64,000 nt of DNA, taken from NCBI GenBank assembly GCA_048941015.1, contig JBHLNZ010000002.1, positions 65,964 to 129,963 of the forward strand, read 5' to 3'. This DNA comes from Promethearchaeota archaeon (GTDB lineage Archaea; Asgardarchaeota; Lokiarchaeia; Sigyniarchaeales; SOKP01). Numbering within the stretch: position 1 is the first letter of the stretch; each line of letters begins with the position of its first letter. The position numbers and the translations under genes were made by a program. This document shows positions 50,092-59,306 of the stretch, piece after piece. The notes beneath the pieces are model-generated. The model ran no database searches. It was not told the origin of the DNA and worked only from the letters and a program-made list of their open reading frames with translations.

Positions 50092-50145
50092 GCCCCCAGT
50101 TTAAAATTTAAAACGATTTAATTAATAATTTTATTTTTATAATTC

Positions 50146-50646
50146 TTATTTATTATGTTCTCGAAGCCATTCTATCAAGTTTTTTGATTTTTTTGGAAAT
50201 ATTTGTGTTATTATCTCTGTAGCTACTTTCTTTAAATCGTAATTTTTTTCTGAAAGGATAAATTCTTCGAGGATATTATAAACTTTATTGCTATTTAAAT
50301 TAAGTAATTTAAAGGCAATAATGCTATTCTTTCTTATTTCAGTATTTTCACTGTTTTCTAAGAAATAAATTAAGAGATCTATTGCTTCGTTTTTACCTAA
50401 TTTGTGACTCTTAACATAATCATAAATTTGTGCAACTGTTAAACCATCATTCATAAAATCTAAAGCATCTTGGTATATCAATGTTTTTCCAGAGTTTTCA
50501 TTTTCTATAATTTTTATATCTACCAAATCAAAAGGGCAGTTATGATTTTCTGGTAGTCTATGTTCTCTGCAAAAAATCATTCCACAAAATTTACATCTAT
50601 AAGGTAAATTTATAAGATGATTTTTACAGAAATAGCACTTATTCAT
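50146..50646 (-). CDS. AN1-type zinc finger plus HEAT-like repeat protein
   Basis: CYFC...PYRCKFCGMIFCREHRLPENHNC; helical HEAT-like C-terminus. Confidence 0.85.
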   Translation of the reverse strand: MNKCYFCKNHLINLPYRCKFCGMIFCREHRLPENHNCPFDLVDIKIIENENSGKTLIYQDALDFMNDGLTVAQIYDYVKSHKLGKNEAIDLLIYFLENSENTEIRKNSIIAFKLLNLNSNKVYNILEEFILSEKNYDLKKVATEIITQIFPKKSKNLIEWLREHNK

Positions 50647-50763
50647 TTCGAGAAGTCCCTTATCATTTTAATGAAATGTCAATGAAATCAATATTTATAT
50701 TTTAATTTAAATTTCAAATTAATCAAGTATTTGAAAATTTAAATATATAGAGTTAAATTTAAA

Positions 50764-51549
50764 ATGAAAATTGGCTATGTTCAAACTTCGCCTATTTTTG
50801 GTGAGAAAAATAAAAATTTCGAACAAGTAGAAGATTTGGTATCCAATATTAAAGCAGATTTAATAGTGCTTCCTGAGTTATTTGCAACAGGTTATACTTT
50901 TATTTCAAAAGAAGAAGCATATACTTTAGGAGAAGATTTAAACGGAGAAACTGCTGAATTTCTAAAGATTTTAGCTAAAAAGACGGGAGCAGTGATTGTA
51001 GCCGGATTTATTGAAAAAAATGAAGGTGAGATATTTAATTCTGCCATGATTGTGTCCAATAGGGGATTATATGAGTCTTATCGCAAGCTTCATCTATACT
51101 TCAAAGAAAAACTCTGGTTCAAACCAGGAAATCGTAAATTTCATTTAGTTGAGTTAAAAGGAATGAAAATCGGGATAATGATTTGTTTTGACTGGATATT
51201 TCCTGAAAGTGCTCGAACACTTGCTTTACTTGGTGCTGATATAATTGCACATCCCGCTAATTTAGTACTTCCCTATTGTCAAAATGCAATGATTACAAGG
51301 TGTTTAGAAAACCGAGTTTATGCTGTCACTGCTAATAGAATTGGCTCTGAAACTAGAGGATCAGATTCTTTCACATTCACTGGTAGAAGTCAGATTACTT
51401 CATATAACGGTGAGATTTTATCATCAGCTCCAGCAAATGAAATTTTTGCCGAATTTATTGAGATCGATATTAAAAGACCTAGAAACAAAAATTTAAATGA
51501 ATATAATAATCTTTTCGATGATAGAAGATCTAATTATTATTTAAAATAG
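50764..51549 (+). CDS. Carbon-nitrogen hydrolase (nitrilase family)
   Basis: E-K-C triad: LPELF, YRKLHL, ICFDW.FPE. Confidence 0.93.
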   Translation: MKIGYVQTSPIFGEKNKNFEQVEDLVSNIKADLIVLPELFATGYTFISKEEAYTLGEDLNGETAEFLKILAKKTGAVIVAGFIEKNEGEIFNSAMIVSNRGLYESYRKLHLYFKEKLWFKPGNRKFHLVELKGMKIGIMICFDWIFPESARTLALLGADIIAHPANLVLPYCQNAMITRCLENRVYAVTANRIGSETRGSDSFTFTGRSQITSYNGEILSSAPANEIFAEFIEIDIKRPRNKNLNEYNNLFDDRRSNYYLK

Positions 51550-51557
51550 CGATTTCT

Positions 51558-52931
51558 TTAAATTATTTCCCGAAGCTTAATTATTTTTTTTTTGAATTTC
51601 TTTAACCGAGAGTCAAAAATATTATACACTAGAAAACCTTCGAGGATTTCAACTGCTTTTTGATAGTAATTAATAGAGTTTATCAAATCTGCATTTTTTT
51701 CGGCATTTTCAGCCATTTCTATGTTAAAATCTAATTCTATTTGCTTATTTTTATAATCAAGGTCAAAAATCCTTTGGTTGATTTTGGTTATCTGTTCCTT
51801 CAAATTAAATTCTTTTGCTATAAATAAAGCTTTATTATATTCTTCCAAGGTTACTTGATAAGCTAAATCTTTTTCCGCTGACTTAGCTTTCTTTATTAAT
51901 TCTTTTATTAAATCTATCGCGAGATTTTTATCTATTTTTTTAATTTGCTCCTGTAAGTTACCAAGATCGCTGTTTGTTATAAGTATTGGCGAAATAGATT
52001 TGGTTTTGGCGATCTTTTCTTTATAGGTTTCTTGAATAGTATCCGCTTCTTGGGCAATTGCTTCGATTGATGTAGGTGTGATTATTTTTTCTTTTAAAAG
52101 TTGATAAATTTCATATAAAACGATATTAGGTTCGATTTTAACGATTTTTTTTAACCTATTAAGCATGTGATTGATAAAGAAAAAAGGTTTAGAACTTAAT
52201 ATTTCATTAGCAAGATTGTAAATCGCTTTTTGAATAACATTTGAATTTATTTTTTCTAATTCGTGTGGAGGAATCGAGTGAGCTAATGTCATTGGAAATA
52301 CTAAGTTGATATCAAAATTTTTAACAATGTAATCAGCTACCTCTTCTATCTTAAAGTTAATAATTCCCGAATTTTGAAATTCAATAAGATCATTATTATA
52401 TTTTTTCTCAAATAACTCAAGAAATTGAAAAATTTGTTTTTTCATTTTTTTAGAAGCTGTATGATCGAGAATTAAACAGAGTCGAATAAAATCTCCATCT
52501 TTCAATATAATATTGAAATTTTTATATTGTAATTCATAAAATTGGTACTCAAATAAGGAATCCTTATTTGAGATATTTTCAGATTCTGAAAAGTTAATAT
52601 TTGCTTGAATAAAACCACTCAATAAATTTGGATCAATATCGACTCCTGAAACAGGATAATTTAATAAAGTAAGACCTGATAACCTATCCATTATTATGAT
52701 GTGTTTTATATTAATTACATCTAGAAATTTTTGCCAAATTAATTCTTGCTCAAGCTTTAACTGCTTTTCATAAGAATCTACCTCAAAAATTACTATATTT
52801 GAATTAAATTCAAATCCCATCTCTTTAAGACGATTTTTAATACATTGTATACAGCCTAAAGCGTTTTGTGGACATTTTTTCTTGCTATACCCACAGTCAT
52901 AACCTAAACCGTTTATTCTAAAAAAAACCAT
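51558..52931 (-). CDS. Cys-rich N-terminus, longin-like domain and TPR-like helical domain
   Basis: CGY...CP....CIQC; SGLTLL...LLSGFIQA; C-terminal TPR-like helices. Confidence 0.65.
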   Translation of the reverse strand: MVFFRINGLGYDCGYSKKKCPQNALGCIQCIKNRLKEMGFEFNSNIVIFEVDSYEKQLKLEQELIWQKFLDVINIKHIIIMDRLSGLTLLNYPVSGVDIDPNLLSGFIQANINFSESENISNKDSLFEYQFYELQYKNFNIILKDGDFIRLCLILDHTASKKMKKQIFQFLELFEKKYNNDLIEFQNSGIINFKIEEVADYIVKNFDINLVFPMTLAHSIPPHELEKINSNVIQKAIYNLANEILSSKPFFFINHMLNRLKKIVKIEPNIVLYEIYQLLKEKIITPTSIEAIAQEADTIQETYKEKIAKTKSISPILITNSDLGNLQEQIKKIDKNLAIDLIKELIKKAKSAEKDLAYQVTLEEYNKALFIAKEFNLKEQITKINQRIFDLDYKNKQIELDFNIEMAENAEKNADLINSINYYQKAVEILEGFLVYNIFDSRLKKFKKKIIKLREII

Positions 52932-53240
52932 GATAGTCCTTATACCCTGCTCAAATTAGATTAAATGAATTTGAAAATTAAATTTTCAAAAGTCTGATTA
53001 AGGTGAGCTATTTTAGACAAAAATTTATTCCCTTGCTTTAAAATTAAATTCTGTTCTTTTAAATCTTTAGATTGAGAAAATTAAATTATATTGCTATTAA
53101 GTTATTAAAATGATTTTTGGTAAATTGATAAACCTAATTACATTTCCGTATTAGTTAAATCAGAAATGATCCAGAAGACTTTTATGTATAAAACGTGATT
53201 TTAATCTTAAGATAACTTAAAAATATACTTTCAAAAATTT

Positions 53241-53519
53241 ATGAATGAAATAACGAACAACTTAAAAGAAAAAATCAATGTAGCGGCTTATTATCTTTCC
53301 CAAAAGAATCACCCTTATGATACTTTATGTTGGATGTTAGCCGAAAGGGAATTATTTATTCAAAATAATTTTAGGGAAGTAAAAGTTGAATATGTTAAAA
53401 AGAAAGCTGCAGAGATATATTTGTCTTCACCATCTTACGATGTCTTATGCTGGTTAATCGCAGAATTAAATATTTTTTTGAGAAATAAGTCTTTTAGAAC
53501 AAAACCTCATTTTTTTTAG
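53241..53519 (+). CDS. Small hypothetical protein with internal duplication (DUF2934-like)
   Basis: AAYYLSQKNHPYDTLCWMLAE / AAEIYLSSPSYDVLCWLIAE. Confidence 0.7.
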   Translation: MNEITNNLKEKINVAAYYLSQKNHPYDTLCWMLAERELFIQNNFREVKVEYVKKKAAEIYLSSPSYDVLCWLIAELNIFLRNKSFRTKPHFF

Positions 53520-53566
53520 ATTCTAAGACTAAAAATCCAATTGAAAATTTTAATCTAAAACAGAAA

Positions 53567-54412
53567 TTAAATTAGAAGAAAGTGTTCTAAAAAAAATCGA
53601 TCAAGATTTAAATCTTTTAGTAGTTTCATATTAGATACGATGTAAGCATGAATACCTTCTTCATTGAAATATTTAAGACAAAGATTTTTTCCTTTTACCT
53701 CTTTTAAAGCGCTCACAATCTCAATGAGAATGGATTTCAAATATTTAATTATTAATTCTTTATCACACTTTATCAAGTCAATATCCGAGAAGTCATACCA
53801 GGACTCTTTTGAAAATGAGATGTTTGCAAGTTCCAGTTGATCCTTAAATTCATCCCTTTTTTTTAAGGATTCATATGTTTTTTCTATATAATTTAGAATA
53901 TTGGTCTTAGATTTAGTATACATTTTATTTTCTAATATGTTCCTTAACATAATTAATATCTGCTGAAAGACGCCTAGAATGTCGAAAAAGTCAGCTACAT
54001 CTGTTAAAGTTTCAGCTTGTTCCCATTGGTTATAATAATCTTCAATAGTTTTGAGAAATGGAGTAAATACATTAAGATTTCCTTCCCAATTTTTACCTTT
54101 CTTTTTCCAAATTTGTTCATATTCTTTTATAAATGCATTTTTTATTACATTTAATCTTCCCATAAGCATTGCTGTTTTTACTTGTTTATTATCTGCTGCG
54201 ACAAATAGTAAATTATACTCTTGTTCTAATATATAAATCCATCTTAATCCTCCCATTTCAATAGATTCTAATGATTGGTGGAACTCTATCATTGAGAAAT
54301 GATGAAAAGCAGTTAGAAATCCTGATACTATGTCCTCGTCTGCATCAGTTTTCAAAAATGATTTATATAGCAACTTTACACCAGATTCGCTATTTAATAT
54401 CCATATTATCAT
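53567..54412 (-). CDS. Longin-like domain protein
   Basis: SGVKLL...DIVSGFLTAF..F...E...IEMG...LLFVA. Confidence 0.65.
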   Translation of the reverse strand: MIIWILNSESGVKLLYKSFLKTDADEDIVSGFLTAFHHFSMIEFHQSLESIEMGGLRWIYILEQEYNLLFVAADNKQVKTAMLMGRLNVIKNAFIKEYEQIWKKKGKNWEGNLNVFTPFLKTIEDYYNQWEQAETLTDVADFFDILGVFQQILIMLRNILENKMYTKSKTNILNYIEKTYESLKKRDEFKDQLELANISFSKESWYDFSDIDLIKCDKELIIKYLKSILIEIVSALKEVKGKNLCLKYFNEEGIHAYIVSNMKLLKDLNLDRFFLEHFLLI

Positions 54413-54722
54413 TGGTCTCAGTATTTAATATTTTATCTTAAATAACTAATTTTAAAATTATATTCTTGTAATACCTTCGATTTTTAATGTTGAATAACTG
54501 AAATACTTTTGCTATATTATTTCACTATGAGAAGAGGTAAAATTTGGATTAACCTCTCTATTCACATGATGTAATTGGAATCAAAATTATATAAGGTTAG
54601 GTTAACAATTTTATGAAAAATTCAAATTTACTTTTTATCAAAATTTTTTAATATCAAAATCTCTTATAAGCTATTTATAATATAAAGGTGTATTTGAGTT
54701 TATTTTGTAACGGTGATTTTTT

Positions 54723-55751
54723 ATCGTAGATCCGGCAATATTTGATCCGTTAGAACGATTTTTATCAAGTTTAGCTATTTTTTTATTAATAGTCTGTAGT
54801 ATATTATATATTTATAGAGGAACAAGAGGGGAAGATAAACAAGAAAGATTAATGATGAGCGCATTTGGAGTATTTTGGATTAATATTGCGTTAATAAGAT
54901 TATTTTTTTTTATTATAGATACTAATTTTGAGGGTTTTTATTTGGGTGATTTAGACACCATTTTTGAAACATTTGATATTATAAATTATATACTATTATA
55001 TTTTTACTTATATCTCTATATTAATGAATTTATAACTATTATTATCTTAAGTTTATTATTTGTTTGGTCGTCTATCAAGTCAAAAAAAGAATTTCAAGCT
55101 ATATCATCAGTCATTTCAATTGGATTTGTTATTATTGTTATAGGATGGACATTTGAAGCTATAATTATAAGAAGTATAAATCCTGTTTCTCGTGCTTTAC
55201 CTTCTTTATTTATAATAATAGGATCCATTATCGCGATATCTCCTTTGGTTGGGTATTCGGAATTTTTTACAAAACCTTTCATTAGATTGTTAATCTTTAT
55301 AATGATTGGCTTAATTGCTACATTTCTCGTGTTAACTCTCTTCTTTAATTTACCCTTATTTATAGTCGTTCTAATTTTTATTTGGATTGCTGTTTTCGTT
55401 CTTGTACTTGTTGTAGGTTATGTAATTTATATCTATTCAAAAAGACGTCAAAGAGAATCTGAAATTAGGAGGGATGAGATAAAGGATACAATTAGTATGT
55501 TTACTAGACCCCCAAAAATTACAATAGAAGAAGCGAAATTTTATAGAGAGAAAGGAGTGTGTATCGTGTGTAAAAATAAGATTTCAAGATTAAATTATGT
55601 ATGTCCTAGTTGCAATGTTTTTTATTGCCTTAAATGTTCAGAAGCTTTAACCAATTTAGAAAATGCCTGTTGGGTTTGCGAAAGCCCTTTTGATGAATCC
55701 AAACCTGTAAGATTAGAACAAAAAGTTGATGAGGAAATTTTATTAGACTAA
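54723..55751 (+). CDS. Multi-pass membrane protein with C-terminal Cys-rich zinc finger; frame open upstream of track start 54852
   Basis: About 7 TM helices, including one in the in-frame upstream extension IVDPAIFDPLERFLSSLAIFLLIVCSILYIY; CIVC...CPSC...CLKC...CWVC. Confidence 0.7.
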   Translation: MVDPAIFDPLERFLSSLAIFLLIVCSILYIYRGTRGEDKQERLMMSAFGVFWINIALIRLFFFIIDTNFEGFYLGDLDTIFETFDIINYILLYFYLYLYINEFITIIILSLLFVWSSIKSKKEFQAISSVISIGFVIIVIGWTFEAIIIRSINPVSRALPSLFIIIGSIIAISPLVGYSEFFTKPFIRLLIFIMIGLIATFLVLTLFFNLPLFIVVLIFIWIAVFVLVLVVGYVIYIYSKRRQRESEIRRDEIKDTISMFTRPPKITIEEAKFYREKGVCIVCKNKISRLNYVCPSCNVFYCLKCSEALTNLENACWVCESPFDESKPVRLEQKVDEEILLD

Positions 55752-55758
55752 AATTTTA

Positions 55759-55977
55759 ATGTTGATAATTATGGCTGAATTATTCGAAGTAATAACAATG
55801 CTCCTTATTATTTTTTTAATAATTCCTTTTGCGATTTTGACAGCAATAACGATTTGGGTTTATAAGGATGCTAAAAAAAGGAACTTAAATACATTTTTAT
55901 GGATCTTAATTGTATGGTTAATTCCATGTTTTGCAGGATTAATCATCTATTTAAAAGCGAGAGCAGAGCCAGAATAA
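55759..55977 (+). CDS. Small membrane protein (PLDc N-terminal-like)
   Basis: IWVYKDAKKR....LWILIVWLIP..GLIIYL. Confidence 0.75.
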   Translation: MLIIMAELFEVITMLLIIFLIIPFAILTAITIWVYKDAKKRNLNTFLWILIVWLIPCFAGLIIYLKARAEPE

Positions 55978-56041
55978 TAGAATTTGTTTTTATAAAATTA
56001 TTTTAAAAAATTTAAAAAATAGAAAAAGGATAAAAAATAAT

Positions 56042-56122
56042 TTAGAATTTAAAGCAATTAAATGCAGTATTGCATCCTGCTGGTTTGATTAGGGTTATTT
56101 TTACTGTATTATTTCTTTTCAT
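56042..56122 (-). CDS. Candidate 26-aa peptide MKRNNTVKITLIKPAGCNTAFNCFKF
   Basis: ATG to TAA; relatively GC-rich core in an AT desert; T-rich terminator-like run downstream. Confidence 0.4.
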   Translation of the reverse strand: MKRNNTVKITLIKPAGCNTAFNCFKF

Positions 56123-56397
56123 TTTTTTTTCACATAATTTTTTTTATTTTATAATTTTATATAGAATTGATATTCATATATAGTTTCTATTACAATACTT
56201 CTATGGTAGTACCAAACTATAATGGGATTAATAATAATTGAAGAATAAGATTAATAGAAGTAATAAGGGAATAAAATAAAGCTAATAACTTAAATTAAAA
56301 GTAATTTGAATTTCTTAGGATTTTATTCTCAATTAAATCTCTACATTATCTTTAAATAAGCATTTATCTTACATTTATAATACATTTATAATTTTCT

Positions 56398-57906
56398 GTG
56401 AAAATGAAATCTCATACTATATTAAGAATACTTTTCATATTTTTCGGAATAGCACTTATTATTTTCGGATTTATAAATTCTTATTTTAACTCGAATCTTG
56501 GAATTAATAATAGAATTTTTGGGTTTAAAGATGAAAATGGTTTAAAGGATTCAGGATTTTGGGAAACTTCGCCATTTATAATTGACGGAGATGAATCTGG
56601 ATGGGATATCTATCAAGGAAGCGATGCACATAATTGGACTTGGGCTACTAGTCAACCTTGGTGTAGTGGAATGGGAACTTGGAATAGCCCCTATATTATC
56701 GAAAATATAACTATTAATGCCAACTATATTGGAAGCTGCATTAGAATTGTTGATACTTCCAAATATTACATTATTAGGAATGTTACTGTTTATAATTCTG
56801 GATACTGGGATGCAGGTATTAGGCTTGAGTGGACTGAAAATGGAGAAATATTAAATTCAAGTATATTAAATAATCGAAACGGAATAATTTTCAATGATAA
56901 TGTTCATGATTTAATTATTTATAACAATAATATAACCAATAATGTACATGGAATATATTTTGAGAATTATTGTGAGTATAATAACATATCTGGAAATAGA
57001 ATAAAAAACAGCGAGTATGGGATTAGATTATTTAATTCTAAATACAATATCATCTCAAACAATTTGATTATAAATGAGAACATTAATCAAGGATCTCAAA
57101 GAACGTATGGTGTTTATTTACATTTCTCTGATTATAATAACATTTTTGAAAATAATATAATTGGAACTTCTAAATGCATTTATGAAATAGATTGCGTCAA
57201 AAACTATATTAATGATAATCAATGTAATCCTATATCTTCTTTCAATTTTGGGATATTTATTACCACTTTATTAGTAATATTTTTCATTGTATTATTAACA
57301 ATAACATTATTAGTAATTAGAAAGAGATCAAGAAAATTAGCAAGGATAAAGAGAGAAAAGTATGAGTTCATAAAGGAAGAGTTCCCTCTTGAACCAGAAA
57401 TAGAGATGTTTAAGTCAAAAATGGAATCTCCTCAGCCTGAAATATCAATTGAATTAAAAATAGAGCCTCCTGAACCAGAAGTAGAACCAATTGAGCAAGA
57501 AGTAAAACCTCTTGAGACAGACATAGAACCAATAGAGCCGGAAATAAAACCTCCTGAGACAGACACAGAACCAATAGAGCCAGAAATGGAAATTCATGAA
57601 CCAGAAGTAGAACCAATTGGGCCGGAAATAAAATCTCCTGAGACAGACATAGAACCAATAGAGTTAAAAACGCATATTCTCCAACCTGAAGCAAGGGCTC
57701 CTGTATCCAAAATAGAGATTCAAAAACTTCCAGAGGAATCAAAAATCATTAATTCAGAGTATCAAATACACAAAAAAAAAATTGTATTAGATAAAGAAAT
57801 ACTAGAAGTAAAAGAGAAATTTGAGAAATTTAACTGTCCTTTTTGTGGATATTTAATTTCAGGAAAAAGAAATCTATGTCCTCAATGTGGATATCATATT
57901 AAATGA
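56398..57906 (+). CDS. Cell-surface NosD/parallel beta-helix protein with TM, Pro/Glu repeats and zinc ribbon
   Basis: Signal/TM; NWTWA..QPWCSG.GTWNSPYIIEN; NN.I..N..GI.L repeats; TM; CPFCG..CPQCG. Confidence 0.85.
   Translation: MKMKSHTILRILFIFFGIALIIFGFINSYFNSNLGINNRIFGFKDENGLKDSGFWETSPFIIDGDESGWDIYQGSDAHNWTWATSQPWCSGMGTWNSPYIIENITINANYIGSCIRIVDTSKYYIIRNVTVYNSGYWDAGIRLEWTENGEILNSSILNNRNGIIFNDNVHDLIIYNNNITNNVHGIYFENYCEYNNISGNRIKNSEYGIRLFNSKYNIISNNLIINENINQGSQRTYGVYLHFSDYNNIFENNIIGTSKCIYEIDCVKNYINDNQCNPISSFNFGIFITTLLVIFFIVLLTITLLVIRKRSRKLARIKREKYEFIKEEFPLEPEIEMFKSKMESPQPEISIELKIEPPEPEVEPIEQEVKPLETDIEPIEPEIKPPETDTEPIEPEMEIHEPEVEPIGPEIKSPETDIEPIELKTHILQPEARAPVSKIEIQKLPEESKIINSEYQIHKKKIVLDKEILEVKEKFEKFNCPFCGYLISGKRNLCPQCGYHIK
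57460..57665 (+). repeat. 42-bp (14-aa) tandem repeat, about 5 copies (e.g. PETDIEPIEPEIKP)
   Basis: gagacagac(a/c)(t/c)agaaccaatagag at 57514, 57556 and 57640. Confidence 0.85.
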
Positions 57907-57921
57907 GTAAAGGAAGATTTT

Positions 57922-59217
57922 CTAAGATAAGATCAAAGTATAAAGCATTGTATATCCTAATATAAGAAGAAAATGAAACGTTGCAAAAAGGGCACCATTT
58001 TTAAGCAAGCGATTATAATCCAAGTTTTCTACTTTGTATTTTTTTGCTATTGAGAGAGTAAGAAGATCGCAAGCAGACCCTTGTGGTAAAAAGTTTCCTG
58101 CCATATTAACACCACTAATAAAAGCGATAATTATTGGATTAGGAAAGAATCCTTTTCCTATGACGGCTGAAAAAATAGGTAGTAGAATGATAGTCACTGG
58201 GGTGCCTGCAAGGAATGCAGACATGAGAGACGAAATGCTTAATGTTATCAACACAGCGAGATAAATATTATTACCTACCAAATTCACCAAACTCGTGGAA
58301 ATAAACTCTGAAAACCCAAAATATGATAAAGAATTCGAAAGGATGAATAAAACAGCAAACAATATAATTATTTTCCACTCAATTTCGCTCCTAAGATCTG
58401 AGAAATTAGAAGTTTTTGAGTGGATTAGAAGAAGAACTGCAGCAGCTATGATCGCAACAAGAGCAGGTTCGAAACCTAAGAACATAAATATAAAAGAAGC
58501 AAGAACTATGATACTTGTCATTATAAAATATGCTTTATTCCGAATTACAATTCCTGGATCTACCATTGATAATAATATTTGTTTATTTTTTTCAGTTGGT
58601 TTTTTTTCCTTTTTTAAAAAGAACCTATCCATCAAAAAAAGAGTGGATATTAATGCGATTACAAATAAAATACCCATATTGGAAAGATACGCACCAAAAC
58701 TCCATCCAAATTCCTTTCCAATTATTAAATTCTTTAAACTTGAAATGGGTGTGAGAATTGCGCCAATATTTATAGTAATTGTCATCCCCATCATGTACGT
58801 TCCCGCAGGTATCTCTAAAGCTCTACATGTCCTATAAATCAATGGAGCCAATATCAAAGATAAAGTAAGGTCCTCAATAAAAGCAACCATAATAGCTGTA
58901 AACAAGCAAATCACATAAAAGAATAATCTGTTATTTCCTTTCGTAATATGTATTAACTTTAATGCAACATACTCTAAAACACGGTTATCAGTTGCATAAT
59001 AAATAACGATCTGCATAGCAAATATGAAGATTAATGTGTTAAAACTAATAAATCCAAGAATTTCTACCTCTTGAACATTTTCATATGTGAGCATTGATAT
59101 TACCGCAATAGCTCCTATGATTAATGCGATTGGAAAATAATCAATCTTACTCTGAGAAAAAAATGCCATCAAAATCGCAAATAAAACTAAATTAAACATT
59201 ATTGCGGGAAGGTTCAT
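57922..59217 (-). CDS. ArsB/NhaD/CitMHS (IT superfamily) transporter
   Basis: About 11 TM; NIGAILTPISSLKNLII, IEWK.I.LF, NMAGNFLPQGSA. Confidence 0.85.
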   Translation of the reverse strand: MNLPAIMFNLVLFAILMAFFSQSKIDYFPIALIIGAIAVISMLTYENVQEVEILGFISFNTLIFIFAMQIVIYYATDNRVLEYVALKLIHITKGNNRLFFYVICLFTAIMVAFIEDLTLSLILAPLIYRTCRALEIPAGTYMMGMTITINIGAILTPISSLKNLIIGKEFGWSFGAYLSNMGILFVIALISTLFLMDRFFLKKEKKPTEKNKQILLSMVDPGIVIRNKAYFIMTSIIVLASFIFMFLGFEPALVAIIAAAVLLLIHSKTSNFSDLRSEIEWKIIILFAVLFILSNSLSYFGFSEFISTSLVNLVGNNIYLAVLITLSISSLMSAFLAGTPVTIILLPIFSAVIGKGFFPNPIIIAFISGVNMAGNFLPQGSACDLLTLSIAKKYKVENLDYNRLLKNGALFATFHFLLILGYTMLYTLILS

Positions 59218-59306
59218 TAAATAAGAAAAAATAGTTTCTAGTTAAAAAAGTATCACTTTTATTTTTTATAAAAATTAAAAGGTTATTCGGATTATAGGAT
59301 AAGTAA

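Noticed and set aside
49982-50098. Element as tmRNA, tRNA or SECIS (minus strand starts GGGGGCG and ends CCA)
   Set aside because: No T-arm or acceptor pairing, no AUGA/GA kink-turn core, and the upstream AN1 gene has no in-frame UGA
57410-58837. Overlapping ORFs 57410-57742, 58034-58264, 58295-58837 and 58530-58754
   Set aside because: Antisense to well-supported genes or coding repeats
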